A stretch of 64,000 bases of DNA, from assembly GCF_006345805.1 (NCBI RefSeq), contig NC_043000.1, positions 49,476,001 through 49,540,000 on the forward strand. The letters run 5' to 3'. The translations under genes and the position numbers were made by a program. The stretch comes from Octopus sinensis (lineage: Eukaryota). Shown piece after piece: positions 1-13,201 of the stretch; positions within the stretch are counted from its first letter, which is position 1; each line of letters opens with the position of its first letter. The notes below the pieces were generated by a model. The model was not told the DNA's origin and did not search any database. It saw nothing but the letters and a program-made list of their open reading frames with translations.

Positions 1-374
1 GGTCAGCTGAAAGCTGTTTTGGCACAAACTTGGCAGACACGCGTCTCATACCAAAATCTTCAGTGATAGTTGACTGAACTGAACCATATCTAATCTGCAC
101 ACCTTCTGATAACTAACGGATGGTGATTTGATTATTTCTCCTCACAGCTGCACGCACATCTGCGATGTATTTCTCAGTTCTGCTGGTTGTGAGTCTCCCA
201 GAACGTTCATTAATATTGACATTGTTTCAGCCATGTTGGAAACATCAGAGCACTTGTACACTTGAGAATGCCTATTTCACTCCTCTCCATACACTTTCTG
301 CAACTTTGTGTAGGCCTCTGAGGGGACAAACACAGATGTACAAACATATACCCACACATACATACATATCTCTC

Positions 375-591
375 TCTTTTACTCTTTTACTTGTTTCAGC
401 ATTTGACTGCAGCCATGCTGGAGCACCACCTTTAATCGAGCAACTTGACCCTGGGACTTATTCTTTGTAAGCCTAGTACTTATTCTATCGGTCTCTTTTT
501 GCCGAACCACTAAGTGACGGGGACATAAACACACCAGCACCGATTGTCAAGCAATGCTAGGGGGACGAACACAGACACACATACATACACG

Positions 592-638
<47 letters not shown>

Positions 639-810
639 ACATATATACAACGGGCTTCTTTCAGTTTCCGTCTACCAAATCCACTCACAAGGCTTTGGTC
701 GGGCCGAGGCTATAGTAGAAGACACTTGTCTAAGGTGCCACGCAGTGGGACTGAGCCCAGAACCATGTGGTTGGTAAACAAGCTACTTACCACACAGCCA
801 CTCCTGCGCC
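375..810 (-). mobile_element. Full-length composite SINE, family A (tRNA-like head + internal (TA)n/(TG)n + core + A-rich tail)
   Basis: Reverse complement of head GGAGTGGCTGTGTGGTAAG...GGTTCAGTCCCACTGCGTGGCAC and of tail ...GACTGAAACAAGTAAAAGAG; the same motifs recur more than 15 times in the window. Confidence 0.9.
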
Positions 811-819
811 AGCATCGGT

Positions 820-875
<56 letters not shown>

Positions 876-877
876 TA

Positions 878-1078
878 CAACAGGCTTCATTCTGTTTCTG
901 TCTACCAAATCCACTCACAAGGCTTTGGTTGGCCAAAGTCTATAGTAGAAGACACTTGCCCAAGGTGCCACACAGTGGAAATGGACCCAGAATCATGTGG
1001 CTAGTAAGCAAGCTACTTACCACACACCCACTCCTGTGCCTATAGCCACCCCAGCACCTATAGCCACTCCTGCACCTA
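878..1078 (-). mobile_element. SINE family A 5' half with triplicated 18-bp head
   Basis: Head half directly after the previous copy; three units of about CCACTCCTGCACCTATAG at ~1028-1080. Confidence 0.85.
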
Positions 1079-1296
1079 TATATATAGAGAGAGTTGCATT
1101 CCCTCGTGTTCCGTACAATGTAGTTATTATAGTAGTTTTGACTTTAAGAGTCCCTCCCAGCATGAGGCATTTATGTATAGTAATGCCCTTAATATAAATA
1201 AGTATATTTATAGGGAATTATTAATAAATTTTTCCCTTATGAAGTTTTTCACGCTAACTATTTGATAGGTTCTTATAAAGATTTTATCCTATATTT

Positions 1297-1335
<39 letters not shown>

Positions 1336-2048
1336 GTGTGTATGGATTTATATACATCTATATGTGTGTTGTGTGGTTACTTCGTTTAAACTGAATATAT
1401 ATTTATGCTTGTATGGGTTTATGTGGGTGTGTATATATATGAGTTCAATGGTATTCAAAAACATTGGTGTCTGTGTTATTGTAAAGATAATAGATTCACA
1501 TATACATGTCTATGTTTATATATATATACATATATAGACATATATATGAATATATATATATATATATTTATACACTCAAGCATATATATGATACATAAAT
1601 ACATGTATACAAATACGTACACTTCCATACATACAGGCATGTACAGACACATAGAAATCATGACCCTCTTTAATTCTTTTACTTTACACTAATATTAACC
1701 TCAGAAAGGTCATCAGCAAAGAGGTCAACACAAATTTATGATATCTAATGTATTGTTATGATTAAAAATACAAACAAAAGAGATGTTAATAATAATAATA
1801 ATATAATAATAATAATAATAATAATAAAAATAATGATAGTAACAGCAATAACAATGATGCTGATGGCAACAATGACGATGATGATGATGAAAAAGGTCAT
1901 TGTAAAATTGACCAAATGAAACAGTAGCAGTCAGGAAAGGAAAAAAGAAAAAAACATTATATATTTAACCAATAGATTTTTATATTTACATTGTTTATTT
2001 TCTTTTCAAAATTTTCTATCCATCATATTTTTGCCACCCTTTCCTTTC

Positions 2049-2103
<55 letters not shown>

Positions 2104-2108
2104 AAGTA

Positions 2109-2139
<31 letters not shown>

Positions 2140-2295
2140 TTAATGATAAAGATTTCTGACAAAGCACAAATCCAGATATCTAGAGGAAGTAAATAGTTGA
2201 TTATAATAACCCCAGTACTTAACCAATACACATTTTGCTAAACTCTAAAAGATAAAATGCAAAGATCACCTTGGCAGAATTTGAACATAATTCAC

Positions 2296-2527
2296 AGGTG
2301 CAGGAGTGGCTGTGTGGTAAGTAGCTTGCTTACCAACCACATGGTTCTGGGTTCAGAAGTGTCTTCTACTATAGCCTTGTGAGTGGATTTGGTAGATGGA
2401 AACTGAAAGAAACCCGTCATATATATGTACATATATATATGTGTGTGTCTGTGTTTGTGCCCCCAACATCACATGACAACCGATGCTGGTGTGTTTGCAT
2501 CCCCATAACTTAGCGGTTCGGCAGAAC
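2296..2527 (+). mobile_element. SINE family A, internally deleted
   Basis: AGGTGCAGGAGTGGCTGTGTGGTAAGTAGC head and core to TTAGCGGTTCGGCA. Confidence 0.85.
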
Positions 2528-2544
2528 TCTAACAATAGGAGGTT

Positions 2545-3340
2545 TGTTCCTACCCTATCTATGTGCTATTGCATAAAATAGAAGTTTTCGTCGATTGATC
2601 TGCCAGGAATCATATAGATCTTTACAGAACAGACTACCAATGGCAAATGCCAATGTCTTCTCAAGCATATTGGCCTAAATCTTAAACTTTGCAGTCAACA
2701 GAGTTATGGGCCTGAAATTATTAACACTATATATTTTGTTTGCATTTTTCCTTAGCAGTATTACCATTTTTTTTTTTACTCACAGAGCTGAAAAATTTTC
2801 CATTCTACTGATAGCTGTTGTAGATGTCTGCCAATACCTCAGCAAAACTTTCTATGAATATGTATAGCTTGTATGGTATGCCTTTTGCATGACTACTTAG
2901 TGTATCTCACATTTCAACTGCTTTTTGGCTTTTTACAGCATTCTAGCCACTCTAATGAGAGATTACTGAGATAGGCACCAATATCCACCGTCTCTGCTCT
3001 ACCACACCTCCCTGAGTCATGGAAAGTATTGGTAAAAACAGCACACAAATGCCCATCAAACGCTTCCACTCCCTCACATATAAAGAAAACACATGCCTTA
3101 GCTCCGTCATGTTTTATGTTTAAAAAAATTGTTGAACCCCTTCTTTCCTACAAGCATTTTGGTTGTAATACCATTCCTAATCACTTCTTTTAATCTTTTT
3201 ATCAACATCTACTCTAATTTGTTTTCTTCTAACACTGATCTCTTACTAAATCCTATCAGTTCTTCTTCTGTAGCTTTATTCAAAGAGACCCACCACCAAT
3301 TATTGATCGTCCCATCAACTCCCACATAACAAACATGTTA
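2545..3340 (-). mobile_element. Decayed L1/Tx1-like LINE ORF2, reverse-transcriptase N-terminal part
   Basis: Manual minus-strand translation with stops and frameshifts: GIPYKLYIFIESFAEVLADIYN...NNFRPITLLT...IPGRSIDEN, matching L1-clade RT motifs (NYRPISLLN; PGRSI.DN). Confidence 0.75.
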
Positions 3341-3414
3341 ATCTATCTGGTTGCTGTAGATTTTGCATGCAAGAAATAACACATTACAATTTTAGAAACT
3401 GGGGTCATATATAT

Positions 3415-3479
<65 letters not shown>

Positions 3480-3480
<1 letters not shown>

Positions 3481-3672
3481 GGGAGAGTTCATGAAAAAAA
3501 CAAAAGACAAAGTCAGGTGGAGTACAAAACAAACAGATGTATTAGTATAACGCTCAGGAATAGAAAAAGTCTTTAACGTTTTGAGCCTACGCTCTTCTAC
3601 AGAAAGGGACACAGAGAAAAACAAGGAGAGAAAAAAATGTGTAGTGGCTACCGATCTATCATGGCGATATAT
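3480..3672 (-). mobile_element. Penelope-like terminal-repeat fragment between two (TA)n tracts
   Basis: ~190-bp unique insert flanked by (TA)n on both sides; it contains a degenerate minimal hammerhead motif at 3571-3606. Confidence 0.5.
3571..3606 (-). ncRNA. Degenerate minimal type-I hammerhead-like motif
   Basis: cttt CTGTAGA a gagc-gtag-gctc AAAA cgtt aaag: helix I 4 bp, helix II 4 bp, palindromic AACGTT; two core substitutions (A6>T, G12>A). Confidence 0.4.
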
Positions 3673-3739
3673 ATATATATATATCATATTGAACTGGACC
3701 ATGTAAATCATTGCTTTTTAATTTTGTGTTAGCAACAAC

Positions 3740-4250
3740 CTGAAATTGTGGGCCCTCTAAGCTATGTTTATCAGCTGACCACACAAAAATTCTTTCTAGA
3801 TACAACCTGAGCAGGTTCATGTTTCAGGAATTTTTACACATTCCCCTCTCACTGGTTTGCTCTTACATAAATCCCAGCACATGTTTAAGATGCTATTCTA
3901 GTTAACCACTAAACATTAATAAGTAAAATGTTTCCAGATACCTGAAGACATACAAATACATTGATCAAGTCAAGGCATCAAAATTCGCTGCTGTTCAAGT
4001 TCAGGACCACCAAATTTCCAAATGGATCCAGAACGATAGTCTTTATCTCTAAATCTATACTTTTTTGAATAGGAGCTGCCACACTATCTGAATCAGACTG
4101 ACCAAAGAGGTGCCAGTAACTGTGAGAATTCCTGGCTACTATTTTTCTATCTACTGACTTGAGGCAGGTTAGACAGTGACACTGTTTCCAATCCAACCCA
4201 AAAACGAAAGGTATTCATACAATCTTGTCTCACAGCAAACATTTCGGGTA
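3740..4250 (-). mobile_element. Decayed L1-like LINE ORF2, APE endonuclease part (same element as 2545-3340)
   Basis: ORF 3978..4196 SVAAPIQKSIDLEIKTIVLDPFGNLVVLNL followed by LINVF resembles the L1 endonuclease GVAIL...D..GR....LINVYAP region; same strand and expected order upstream of the RT fragment. Confidence 0.65.
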
Positions 4251-5264
4251 AAGAAGTAGGAAAGAGCTTTCAAATTTTGACACATGGACACAAATTTTGA
4301 AGGAAAGAACTTTCAGTTAAATGCAGCCCAATCCCACCCTCATCCCAATCAACCCTATTATATTAATTGATACATTATTTTACACCTCATCCCATTTCCT
4401 ATTGATAGATGTGAAATAAAATTGGATTGGCATTAAGAAATATAAAGAAGCCTGTCACTAGATACCGCAGAGAATTATATTCAGTGCTCTGCTGATTTTA
4501 CCAGTTTTGCTTCCACCACCAACTTCTTAATAGTTCTCATTAAGTAATGATTTCTCTTTAATATCCATCTTTATTTTTATATTCAATATTTTTTAAATCT
4601 CTTTTACTTTATCTGTATTAGAAACAATAGTTTAAGATAACATTAGTAATACATACATGCATACAAACAAATACATACATACATATATATACACACACAC
4701 GTTTATATATATGTGTATATAAGTATGTACATACACACACATATTCCAAAGTATTATGTTTGACTAGACTTACTACTATAGGCGCAATTCAGTTAATTAA
4801 CATCGGTGTACATGGTCATTCAAGCACATTATCAAATTATTTCTTAATTCAACTATATTTTCAAAAGATATTTTTCCCCTTTCTCTTCTACCTCCTCTCT
4901 CCCTCTCCTCCCCCCCTCTCTCTCTCTCTGGCTTTCTCGCTTTTATTCAAAGGGAAGAAATATGGTTCAGTAAATAATTATTTAACATTTCTTTTGTTTT
5001 ACTTTTATCTTTCTTTTAACTATTTTTATTCTCATTTCTTTTTTTTTCTCCTTTTCTTTCAATAATTCTTTTTTTTATTTTTACATTTTTCACTATTCAT
5101 AAGGAATTGTTTCTAAACTGTATATTAGATGGAAAAATTTCAAAGATTCATAGAAAATTTTCTCTTTGTTTTCCCTACCTCAATCTGTTACTCAAAGTAA
5201 AACAATGTACACATACTTACACACACTCATGCATATATATATATATATATAAACATCTCTCTCC

Positions 5265-5358
<94 letters not shown>

Positions 5359-5741
5359 AGAGAGAGATTGAGAGAGAAATTTATATATATGTAGGTAGTT
5401 ACGCATATATGTATACACACATATTTATTCCAGTTCTCTGTACTCCTGAGTTCAAATTCCACCCACAACAACTATGCTTATCTTCCTAGGGGTATGATAA
5501 TCTAGTCTAAGGTAGTGAATTGACAGAATGTTAAAGCCTTGTACAAGATGATGCATTGTGGAATTTGTTTTAGTTCTGGATATCCTGAGTTCAAATCTTA
5601 CACCCAATGACCAGAAAGAAAAAAAGGCTCTGAGATCTATTTAAAAAACAGAGATAGGGTCAAAAGATCTTTAAGAAAATGAATAAGTATTTCAGCTGAT
5701 TGCTCATAATATATACATGTGTGTGTGTGTATGTGTGTTAA

Positions 5742-5798
5742 GGTCTGAAGAAACGCCATAAAGCTAAGTGCTTTATGGACGTGAAATCTAGGGTAACC
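5742..5798 (+). ncRNA. Type-I hammerhead-like motif with weak helix I
   Basis: ggt CTGAAGA a acgccataaagc-taagt-gctttatggacgt GAAA tctagg GTA acc: long helix II, intact core letters, helix I only 3 bp. Confidence 0.5.
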
Positions 5799-5826
5799 CC
5801 ATAAACCAGCCATAACTATCTTTATC

Positions 5827-6660
5827 TAAGGAGTGGTTAATATATTGTCATCTAAATTATGTGAAAATGAAAATAACATTGACATCTCATTTTAACAAAT
5901 ATCATCATCATCATCGTTTAACGTCTGCTTTCCATGTTAGCATGGGTTGTACGGTGCAACTGGGGTCTGGGAACCAGAAGGCTGCACCAGGCCCAGTCTG
6001 ATCTGGCAGTGTTTCTACAGCTGGATGCCCTTCCTAACATCAACCACTCCGTGAGTGTAGTGGGTGCTTTTTATGTGTCACCGGCACAGGTGCCAGACAA
6101 GGCTGGCAAAAGGCCACGATTGGATGATTTACCAAAATTATATAAAAATATCTCGAAATACTAAACAGTAAATTTATTCAATAGAATCGCAATTGGCTTC
6201 AACTACAGCCTCCAGACGACTTCAGAATCTCCTGCAACTCTTCTGGATGATATCCTTGTTTAAGTTGGAGAATGCTGCCATAATCCTTGCTGTCAGTTCA
6301 TCTTTGCTGTTATAAAGGAATTTTGTTGGTTTCTCACTCAACTGTATTCCACACATAATAATCGAAGGGGTTGCATAATAATCAAGGGGGTTACAGTCTG
6401 GGGAGATATGGTCACAGAAATTGTCTGACAGCCATGACTGGGTTTTTTGGCTTGTGGGGCAAAGTGCAGAGTTCTGTTGCCAGACATAGGGTCTTCCAAC
6501 AGCCACCCTCTTCACCCAGGACAGCACTACCACATCCAGGCACTTGACGTAGGCCTCCATGTTAAGTCTGAGGCTGTGTGGGAAGATAAATGGAGGAATA
6601 ACATCACCATCACTAGTGATCACTCCAAACACTGTGATGCCCCAGTGTGGCCACAGTTTA
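5827..6660 (-). mobile_element. Truncated Tc1/mariner (maT-like) transposon relic, interrupted by a (GAT)n-tailed retroelement fragment at ~5905-6127
   Basis: ORF 6222..6632: GVITSDGDVIPPFIF...WQQNSA...PDCNPLDYY...KSCRRF (DD-D transposase C-terminal half); flanks align to the copy at 16215-17094. Confidence 0.9.
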
Positions 6661-6994
6661 ATGATTGAAACAGATATAAAAAAAACATTAGGAGTAGTGG
6701 GTAGAAATGAAGATGAATTTCAAGAACTGTATGAAAATATGTTAAACTTGTGCAAGTTTAGAAAATATGATGATGTCAGAAATTATATGGTAGATCTATG
6801 ACATATCATCAGAATGAACAAGGTGCAGGTGAGCCTTACATCAGAGAAATGGTAAAATTCTGTCCTCATTGTCAAAAATTCTGTCCTGAGAGTCAAAAAT
6901 GAGCCACTAAACTATTGCTATAATGGTGAATGTGATTTCCTCCGCCACAGTCTTGTCTAATGCACTCAAAATACTCATTAATATGAATAATAAT

Positions 6995-7325
6995 GAAGCA
7001 TGGCTCTGTGATTAGAATGTTGGGCTCACAATTATGAGGTATTGAGTTCAATTCTCAGACCAGGTTCTGTGTTATATTCCTCAGCACGACATACTTTGTC
7101 TCGCGTTGCTCCAGTTCACTCAGCTGTAGAAAGGAGTTGGGATATCACTGGTGCCAAGCTGTATTGGCCGTTGCCTTTCTCTTAGATAACATCGTTGGCA
7201 CGGATAGTATGCATGGGCAACTGCTGGTCTTCCATAAACAATCTTGCCCAGACTTGTGCCTCAGAGAGTAACTTTCTAGGTACAATCCCATGTTCATTCA
7301 TGACCAAAGTGGCTCTTTACTTTAC
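6995..7325 (+). mobile_element. tRNA-derived SINE, family D
   Basis: A/B-box-like head and central GTTGCTCCAGTTCACTCAGCTG motif shared with 14468-14792 and 53830-54040. Confidence 0.7.
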
Positions 7326-8119
7326 CTTATAATTTTAGGAAAAATATTTAAAATTCTAATTGCACATGCTCCTCTGTTTCATTTGATGCAAAAATTACTG
7401 CACCTGAAGGAAAGGGACCATATTGTTTAAGAATTCAAAGACAGTTGTTTCATTGTACATCTACTGTATACACAGAAAATGATTACCTAACATATGATTA
7501 TCTTTACCTTATTGATACAATTGAAGTTTTGCAATAGCATCTCGTTGAGGTTAATTTATTTGTGGTTGGATGCTCTTCCTGTCACCAATCCTCTTCAGTT
7601 TCTATGTATGGTAATATTTGCCCATATCCAGACATGTTTTCACAGAAGATGATATTCATTTACAACTATTACACATGATGTGATGTTACAGTAAACAATA
7701 GCACAGACACAGGCATATATATACTTATGTATATATATGACAGATTTCTTTAAGTTTCTGTCAACCAAATTCATTCACAAGGCTTTGGTCAGCCTAGAGC
7801 AATAGTGGAAGAGATTTGCCCAAGGTGCCATCAAGGTGCCATGCAGTGGGACTGAACCGGAAACCATATGGTTGGGAATACCTTGGCTAATCTTCAATCA
7901 TTCCATTTATATTCACATCCTCATACCCTAAGAATATATCCTGGCACACCACCACCATCTCTCTTGCTCTCAGGTAAACATGTATCTCCTCAGCAGCAAG
8001 ACACCTGTTTCTCACCCTCTGTAATACTCTAACTTTCTCATAACCTGGCATAAAGCTGCCTCCATCAACATCACTCACCCATTCATTTGAGGGATCTTTG
8101 TATTGCAAGTTACTTGATG

Positions 8120-8400
8120 ACTTCATCGGTGTTGGTGACATGTAAGAAGTACCCAGTCCACTCTATAAATTGGTTGGTGTTTGGAAAGGTATCCAGCCAT
8201 AAAAGACATGCCAATACTGGTGCCACATAAAAAGTACCCAGTCCACTTTGTAAAGTAGTTGACATTAGGAAAGGCATCCAGCATAAAAAAAACATGCAAA
8301 AGCAGACAGTGTAGCATGGCACAGTCCCCTGGCTTACCAGCTCCCATCAATCTGTCCAACCCATACCAGCATGGAAGGCAGACATTAAACGATGATGTTG
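8120..8400 (+). mobile_element. (GAT)n-tailed retroelement 3' fragment, family C
   Basis: AGGAAAGGCATCCAGC...CCAACCCATACCAGCATGGAAGGCAGACATTAAACGATGATG. Confidence 0.8.
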
Positions 8401-8410
8401 TTATATATAT

Positions 8411-8795
8411 TCTTTTACTTGTTTCAGTCATTTGACTGTGGCAATGCTGGAGCACCACATTGAAGATTTTTTTAGTCAAATAAATTAACCCCAGAACTTA
8501 TTTTTTAAGCCTAGTACTTATTGTATCAGTTTCTTTTCCCGAAGTGCTAACTTATGGGAATGTAAACACACCAACACAAGTTGTCAAGTGGCGATGAGGG
8601 GTGAATAAAGACACATCACACACACACACACACACACACATACGATGGGCTTCTTTCATTTTCCATCAATTAAACTCAATCACAAGGCTTTCGTCGGCCC
8701 TAGGCTATAGTAGAATATACTTGCCTGAGGTGCCATGCAGTGGGACTGAACCTGGTACCATGTGGTTGGGAAGTAAGCTTCTTATCATACAGCTG
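8411..8795 (-). mobile_element. SINE family A
   Basis: Tail, core, (CA)n and head motifs in reverse orientation. Confidence 0.85.
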
Positions 8796-9513
8796 TCTGT
8801 ATACAACAGATAGATAGATAGATAATCTGCCAACATGTATATATATGTATATATATATATATATATTACTACCACCATTTCTTCTTGACCTTTGCTCACA
8901 TGAACTTTAAATAAAATTAATAAATTAAAAGCAACTATACAAACATTTCTGAATAAAATCAAAAAGAAAATCTTTTAAAAAAACACCAAGCAAACAATGG
9001 AATTACAAAGGCAATTACAGAAATCTACACTTTTTTGTAAGTTGGACGAAAGCTGAAATTTATTGAGTGTTTTTTTTGTTTTTTGTTTTTACTTTCCGTT
9101 TGGTGAAAGGCGTTAGATTATTATTTAGTATTCAAGAAATAAAAAAAAAACATTCTTATCAATCAATTTGTGTCTTTCACTTACAACCTTTCATAAAAGT
9201 AACTACACTATATGCACACTGACACATGTACTGGGCACTGAGAGATACATTTAAACATCTTATCACTTATACACACACACACACATATATATGTTCCTTT
9301 TGAATTTTAATGATATGTCAGTCTCCAAAATTAAAAGATTGAATATATCTTAAAAAAACTATTTCTTTTTTGAGTTAGCTAATTTTCTGAATATTAATTT
9401 TTCTTTCTTTCTTTCTTTCTTTTTGCCTTTCTTTATTTTTCTTTCTTTCTTTCTTGCTTTTTTTTTCTTTCTTCTTTTTTCGCGGGGGTGGGGGGGATTA
9501 AGTTTCTTTATTG

Positions 9514-9555
<42 letters not shown>

Positions 9556-10472
9556 GTTTTCTCTCTTGTTCTTTTTCTGGATTCTTTTTCATTTTCAAGA
9601 CCAATGTATGGAAAGAAAAAAAAAAATTAATAAAACATATTACGCAACAACAACGCAAACAACAACATTAACAACAACAGCAGCAACAACAAAAATAACA
9701 GCAACAACAAGCAAAAACAACATCAAGAATTTGTTGTGAGCATGAATTATTTGTTTTTTATTTGCTTTTTGCATATTCTTAGGGGAGTGTTTGTTTCTTT
9801 CTGTTTTATGACCAACATATGGAAATACACATTACACAACAACAACAACAACAACAGCAACAATTTGTAACAAAAAGTTTTGTTTATTTCTATCTTTTGC
9901 AATTTCATATAATGTGTATACATTTCTATATGTGTGTGTGTTCATTCGTATATGTGTCTGTGTATGTTTTTATTTTGGTGTTTTAGCTTTGTTTTTCATT
10001 TTTTTTTTTGTTAAATATATAAGGGTGGGTGGAGAAGATAATGGATTAAAGAAATCTTTGTTGGAAGAGAAAAGGGGAAAAAAAATCCATTTTCAAGAAC
10101 GATTTAATTATATAGACATCCAAGATCAAATCTGTCAAAATATGGAATGAAATAAAATGCAAAAACTACCCCCCACCTTACATATACACATACACACACC
10201 ACATGCAAGAAAAAACAAAAAATACAAACAGCATTAATTCAGGTTAGATAGGTCAAAACATTTAATCTAAGTGTGAGTGAGAGTGTACAAGTATATCTCT
10301 AGAAGTATGTGTATATATATTTGTACGTGTAGGTGTTTATATTCACATTATACATAAATGCTAACATACGCACACACAAATAAATAGATATATATATATA
10401 TATGTGCATGTATATATGTGTGTGTGTATATATATATATACATGCACACATACATACATAATATATACATAC

Positions 10473-10525
<53 letters not shown>

Positions 10526-11148
10526 TCAATAGATAGATAGATAAGTAGATGGATAGATAGATATAGATAGATACACTGATAGAAATAGATATAAATGTAT
10601 ATATATATATTTATATAGATATATATGGTTAATACATACATGTGTCTGGTCATATGTGTGTATATATATATATATTTATACATGCATATATATGTATGTA
10701 TCTATATATATATTTATACATACATACATGCATATATATGTATGTATAAATATATGTTTATACATACATACATGCATATATATGTGTATATATATATATA
10801 ACTTATAATATATATAATATATATATATATATATTCGTGATGAATTTCAGCATTGCTCCCACAACTTTCCTTCGCATATTCCTCACTTCAGCAAACCAAT
10901 AAATCAATTATATCAATAAAGAGCTACAGAATTGGATAGAACTAGATGATATGTTTCCAAGGTTTTATTTCTTTCTGGTTTTCTTTTATATATAATTTCC
11001 TTTTATTTATATATATATTTTTTTTTTCAAATTTCAAGGCCTCAAATTTATAGTTTTTTTTATTCTAAATAGATTAAAATATATCAAATTTCTCCCCTTT
11101 CCATGCACTATCTCATACATTTATTCATCATCATCATCATCATCATCA

Positions 11149-11179
<31 letters not shown>

Positions 11180-11829
11180 TTTTTTTTTTATTTTTATTAT
11201 CATGATTATTATTATTTGATTGTTTCTTTTTTGTTTAAAATCAATTCAAAATTTTGAACCAGGTTCAAAGTGTATTTTAAGTGTGTTTATTATTTGTGTG
11301 GATGGAGGAAAGTTAGCACAGAAATTTGAAACAGTTCAAACGAATGAGAATGATGAAGACAAAATCCTCAGAATAAATTATGGAATAAATGAAAAATGGT
11401 TACATATATTAGAATAATCTTAACCTAAGAGTACATTAAAAAATAATAAAATTTTGCTCTGTACTAAAATCAAATATTCACTCCTTCTTCTTGAGAACTA
11501 GATCTCTTGGGAACCCCTGTCTTGTTCTCATTTTCGCTTCGCCATTCTTCACGCTATGCATTCTATCAGCATGGATTCAAAACCAATGTTAATAGACTTT
11601 TCTTGGTGCTGCTATGTTTGCTTAGCCTCCTGTCGTCTTTGATTGCACAGACCTATGATCAAAGTGATTTGTGAGAAATTTGGTTGTTACTTTTATGAGG
11701 TTGAGTGGTCATGTACACAGTCGTTCATTAGCTCATGCTTGTCCTGCAAGAAATAGCAGTGAAATATCTCTTGAATCAAGACCTAACTGTCTTAAAAAAA
11801 AAGGTGGGGGGAAAGTTATATTGGGTAAT

Positions 11830-12010
11830 ATCATCATCATCATCATCCTCATCACCACCACCACCACCATTATCATCATCATCATCTAATATCCATGGTA
11901 ACATGGGTTGGATGGTTTGACAAGGATACAATGAGTGAAGGACTGCAGCATATTCCAGTTTCTGCTATGGCATGGTTTCTACTACTGGATGCTCTTCCTA
12001 ACACCAACAA
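11830..12010 (-). mobile_element. Family C 3' fragment
   Basis: (CAT)n followed by CCATGGTAACATGGGTTGGATGG...GGATGCTCTTCCTAAC. Confidence 0.7.
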
Positions 12011-12361
12011 TGTAGTCTTAAATAGATACAATGGGGTGGTCATGGGTGGAATGCCTTTCATCAGAGTTATACTTGAGCCTAAATAACAATGAAAGAGAGC
12101 CTGTATGTACTCATTTAATTCAGCAGAAATAGCAGCCAAGTCTCTCACAAATTATTTTAATCATAGGCATGCTCAGTTACAAATAACGAGTGGTACAACA
12201 ACATTAATACTACTAATAGAAGAAGTCTGTTAACATTTCGTTTGAATTAATAATGGGTGAAGAAATATCTAACATTTAGGACCCTCACTCTTTGAGAATG
12301 AAGAAGAGAGTAACAGTGATGTTGTTATTTTGGTCGTAAGTTGCAAAAAATCCACTGTTTC

Positions 12362-12592
12362 TTATTTCTTTATTGCCCACAAAGGGCTAAACATAGAGGG
12401 GACAAACAAGGACAGACAAAGAGATTAAGTCGACTGCATCGACCACATGCATAACTGGTACTTTATTTATCAACCCCAAAAGGATGAAAGGCAGAGTCGA
12501 CCTAGGCAGAATTTGAACTCAGAATGTAACGGCAGACGAAATATCACTTAGCATTTTGCCTGGTGCACTAACATTTCTGCCAGCTTGCCGCC
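12362..12592 (-). mobile_element. tRNA-derived SINE, family B
   Basis: Reverse complement of GGCGGCAAGCTGGCAGAAA...TCTGAGTTCAAATTCTGCC...CTTTGTGGGCAATAAAGAAATAA; near-identical layout to 28025-28258. Confidence 0.9.
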
Positions 12593-12853
12593 TTTTTCTA
12601 TCTGTTTCTATCATCCTCATTTTCAGATAAATTGTAAGGGCCCAGTCCAAGATGTTAGCTTCTTCACTTCTCACAGCATTTCGCACTTTTTTTTTTGACC
12701 ATTAAAGAGGGATTTTATTTCTTTTCTGTGTTTCTGAAATTGTTGGGAAAAAGTTATTCATAAACCAGAGACCTAGCTCAAATGCTTGCAAGAGAATAGA
12801 TCTAATTTAAAAGCTCCCAAAGACTAGTTAGTGGTGGTAAACTAGACAAGGGT

Positions 12854-13083
12854 TTGACCCTTTAACATTTAATCTAACCATATCCGGCCAAAATATTCTT
12901 CCTGTTTTATGTCCAAACTGACCAGACCCAGCCCCCCACACATACCGTACAATGTTAGTCAAAAACATATACAGTCACTTAATCAAAATCACAAAGCTAC
13001 AAGATAATACAGAGTAAATTAAAATCAATGCAAAAAGAATATGCATTACCCTTGATAGAATAACCTGAATGCTAAAGGGTTAT
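12854..13083. mobile_element. piggyBac-type MITE
   Basis: Inverted termini CCCTTTAACATT...AATGCTAAAGGG flanked by degenerate TTAA (TTGA / TTAT). Confidence 0.65.
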
Positions 13084-13201
13084 GATCTACTAAGATTTCA
13101 GACTTCAGTAAGCCAGAACAATTACTGCTAGAGATCCTGTTTGCTACTCCAATAATTATACTTATTGAAATTATTGGTCTTTTTATTCCTTTCTTCCTTT
13201 C

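Noticed and set aside
1665-1725. Minus-strand CTGATGA inside a GACCTCTTT/AAAGAGGGTC hairpin
   Set aside because: No GAAA half-core; probably chance
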